A stretch of DNA of 64,000 bases from Candidatus Latescibacterota bacterium (GTDB lineage: Bacteria > Latescibacterota > UBA2968 > UBA8231): assembly GCA_965261395.1 (NCBI GenBank), contig OZ253462.1, positions 1,088,001 to 1,152,000 of the forward strand, in the 5' to 3' direction. Of this stretch, positions 61,460-64,000 are shown piece after piece. How positions within the stretch are numbered: the first letter of the stretch is position 1; each line of letters begins with the position of its first letter. Under the pieces are notes generated by a model. The model had not been told where the DNA came from. It saw only the letters and a list, made by a program, of their open reading frames with translations, and searched no databases. The translations under genes and the position numbers were made by a program.

Positions 61460-64000
61460 TTAATCCGGTCGGCTTACGTCGATCACGCAGACCGAGATTT
61501 TGCGCGCTTCGTCGAAGGACAGCGTCGCTTCCAGTCGCTTTTTCAGCTCTTCGGCGTTAGTGGGGCGGGTGCCGGAGGGCGGTGGCTGTGTGCGGTCTTT
61601 GCCGAACCAGAATACCAAGTAGATGCCGTAGCCGTCTGTGTCTGGGGCGCTCGTGTACAACTTGATCAGTTGGTTCTTACATGCGCTCCATAAATCGCGG
61701 TGCATGTTCTTCTTGATTTCCACCGGCACCTGAAAATCTCCGTATGAAACTCGTATATCGGCTCGCTTGTCATTGGCGTACTGCCCTTCGGGTTGGGCAT
61801 CGATCCCTTGTGGGAGGCGCTTTTGCAGATCCGAAAGCAGCGCATCACGGCAGCGGTCTTCATGCTTCGGAGTGGGAGGCTTCTTGTGCGGCTCGTTCCA
61901 GTACTGACTCCAGTCGTCGGTATTGCCGCGTCGTATCTGGTCGGCAAGCTCGCGCAGCCGGTCCATCACGAGGGCCGCGAGGTCGCCAGGGTTGGCGGGC
62001 GTACCGCCATTCAATGTCTGACAGACCTGCTCGATGGTGCGGTGGCGATAGCTGGCGTCGCGCCAAGCCACCCGTTGGGCATCTCGCGCTTGGGAGAGTA
62101 CGTCGTGCCAGCGGGATAGCGACGAGTCGGCAAGAAGGCGACCCAAGGCATCACTCGCGTCCTTGGTGGGAGAAGCGGCGAGACGTTGTATCAGGCCGTT
62201 GACAAGGCGAGAGGCTTGCATTGCAGGCGTCACCAATCCTTCCTCGTTCCACCACTGATCGGGTCCGGCGTAGTCTCCGATGAGGCGAATGAGGAGTTCC
62301 AATCCCGGAGTCCCCAACACATCAAACGAGAACTGCACGCGACTATCAAAGAACGCCACTAAGTACCGAATCCGGCTTTCTCGAACCTGTACGAACTCGC
62401 TTAGGGAGGCATTGTACGTCTCGGGTGAAACGATGATGCCCGCCGCCAGCCAATGCACACGTTGGGCGACATTCATGCTCGACCGAGATAGCTTTCTGCG
62501 GATCAGTTCCTCAAGCGATGCTCTGTCTGCATGCTGAATTGCGGCCCAGAGCAGATGATCCAAGCCTTCGATCTGTTTTTGTTTGCAGCGAGTTGGAAAG
62601 GCGCGGAGCAGGGGTAGGCTTGCGTATTTGGCGACTTGATCGTGGTCCGTGTCGTGCGCGAGTTCCGCGAGCTTATAGATATGCTCACGACCACTGCGAA
62701 ACTCACAAATGGCGAATTGTACCTGCACCTCGGCGACGATCTTAGGACGCGCCGTAATTAGTCGTCGATACCATCCGGGTCGATAATCCGCGTGGGACGT
62801 ACAGTAACAGAACGCAATTGCCCTACGAATCCGATCGTCGCTCCAGCGGGATGGGTCTTCTTCCGGAGCTATCCTTTCGAGTTCCGCTAAACCTGCTAGA
62901 AACGGCAGACCGAGATTGTGCCTATATCTTTTTTTTCTAAGACTGAGAATCTCCTTGACGTCCGGAACGTCCTCCCGGTCAACCGCACCACGGAAGCTCC
63001 GAAGCGTGGCATTAATCAAACCACAGTCGCCTCGAAGCATTTTCGCAACGATCTCTGGTCCATCAGTGCCGCTAAAATCATCGAAGTGTCCAAAGTACAC
63101 CTGTGCCAATTTATAAAGTAGAGCGGGCTCGGCTCGGTTTTCGCACAGTGCGTCCTTGTTGGAGCGGATATAGGCAAGCCATTGCTCCTGTTGCTGCTGC
63201 CGTTCCTGTTCCTGTTGCTGCTCTTCTTGCTGCCACTGTTCCTCGAATTCAGTTGCCTCGGCAATAGAATCAAGCAGTCGATCCAGATACACCTTCAACG
63301 TCTCGTTTCTCTGCGTGTATTCTTGTAGAACTTCGCGTGACAGGCCTTCGTTGAAAGCCCGCCCGAGCAGGTATTCGGCAATTAGCGGTTTGGTGTCCGC
63401 CAAGGCATCGGCCTGCTTCAGGCACCAGGGACCGAAGTCGGGCGGTGAACTGGCACCGTACAAACGGTTTTGGACTTTGATTGCATGCCGCCTGAATTCG
63501 TCGGATTCTGGACACCGGGACAGCCCCTCCATGAAGATGGCCTTATGGATCTTGGGACGTCGTTCCAGCCACGAGCGTATCTCCTGAATGGCCTGGTCAT
63601 TGAGGCTGTTTCTCATCCTCTCAGACCGCACGCTGAGCCAATCGTACAGATGCTCCGTGTCCAGTTGGTCTCCATGCGCTTTCAGGCCATGGGCTAAGAG
63701 TTTGAGAGGAAGTTTGTTCAAATGACGGACATCCAGAGCAGACTCCAAGCAGGGAAGCCGCTGCTGCAGATTGTCGAGGAGTTCGACTACCTGTTCGTCC
63801 GAGGACTTCTTGAGAAGTTCGGTATCCCAGAATCGCCAGTAACTTCCGAAGAATTCCGTATTCCCTTTTTCGGAAAGGCAATCCCACACCTCCGACGGCG
63901 GCAGCTCTTGGGGGTAAAGCTGGGCCAGCAGGGTTCCGAGAAGCTCGTTATCGGCATCGGAAAGGCTTCCAGAGTGAATGTCAGCTAGCAGTGCTTTGAG
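61460..64000 (-). CDS. Large helical protein with C-terminal PD-(D/E)XK nuclease-like domain; 5' end outside window
   Basis: Frame is open to 64000 (LKALLADIHSG...VWDC); C-terminus HEDRCRD...E...RADI...VEIK...QL...Y...GIYLVFWFG. Confidence 0.75.
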   Translation of the reverse strand, partial: LKALLADIHSGSLSDADNELLGTLLAQLYPQELPPSEVWDCLSEKGNTEFFGSYWRFWDTELLKKSSDEQVVELLDNLQQRLPCLESALDVRHLNKLPLKLLAHGLKAHGDQLDTEHLYDWLSVRSERMRNSLNDQAIQEIRSWLERRPKIHKAIFMEGLSRCPESDEFRRHAIKVQNRLYGASSPPDFGPWCLKQADALADTKPLIAEYLLGRAFNEGLSREVLQEYTQRNETLKVYLDRLLDSIAEATEFEEQWQQEEQQQEQERQQQQEQWLAYIRSNKDALCENRAEPALLYKLAQVYFGHFDDFSGTDGPEIVAKMLRGDCGLINATLRSFRGAVDREDVPDVKEILSLRKKRYRHNLGLPFLAGLAELERIAPEEDPSRWSDDRIRRAIAFCYCTSHADYRPGWYRRLITARPKIVAEVQVQFAICEFRSGREHIYKLAELAHDTDHDQVAKYASLPLLRAFPTRCKQKQIEGLDHLLWAAIQHADRASLEELIRRKLSRSSMNVAQRVHWLAAGIIVSPETYNASLSEFVQVRESRIRYLVAFFDSRVQFSFDVLGTPGLELLIRLIGDYAGPDQWWNEEGLVTPAMQASRLVNGLIQRLAASPTKDASDALGRLLADSSLSRWHDVLSQARDAQRVAWRDASYRHRTIEQVCQTLNGGTPANPGDLAALVMDRLRELADQIRRGNTDDWSQYWNEPHKKPPTPKHEDRCRDALLSDLQKRLPQGIDAQPEGQYANDKRADIRVSYGDFQVPVEIKKNMHRDLWSACKNQLIKLYTSAPDTDGYGIYLVFWFGKDRTQPPPSGTRPTNAEELKKRLEATLSFDEARKISVCVIDVSRPD

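Overview
GC-rich bacterial chromosomal segment. The gene content (FlgD-Ig/T9SS-like C-terminal domains, PorV-like barrels, several PhyH dioxygenases, a short RpoD-family sigma) suggests an FCB-superphylum organism such as Latescibacterota; this is inference only. Bases 1-42.7 kb are mostly minus-strand housekeeping and envelope genes: argF, nrnA, surA, mfd, tRNA-Ala(GGC), fmt, yajC, tgt, rhaB, a frameshifted purC, secA, nusB and ribD-ribE-ribBA-ribH, interleaved with uncharacterised secreted proteins and lipoproteins. At 44.0-46.7 kb lies a small accessory islet: a 5'-truncated plasmid-type parA with an RHH partner, an AT-rich HEPN gene and a DUF1902/HicA/YgiT trio. At 46.7-59.2 kb is a 15-gene small-molecule enzyme cluster with three PhyH-family Fe(II)/2OG enzymes. 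The right end holds a Fic gene, a VOC gene and the 3' part of a very large protein ending in a PD-(D/E)XK nuclease-like domain. The best lead is the PhyH at 58444-59193: it has His-Ser-Gly instead of HxD/E, the signature of Fe/2OG halogenases, and heads an operon with an atypical M19 hydrolase, a GNAT, a cysteine hydrolase and a class IV aminotransferase. Other leads are a RibBA with an apparently dead RibB half, an SDR lacking its catalytic Lys, a CTG-initiated PPIase and a circularly permuted S55 peptidase. All family calls are by-eye motif recognition; no database searches were run.
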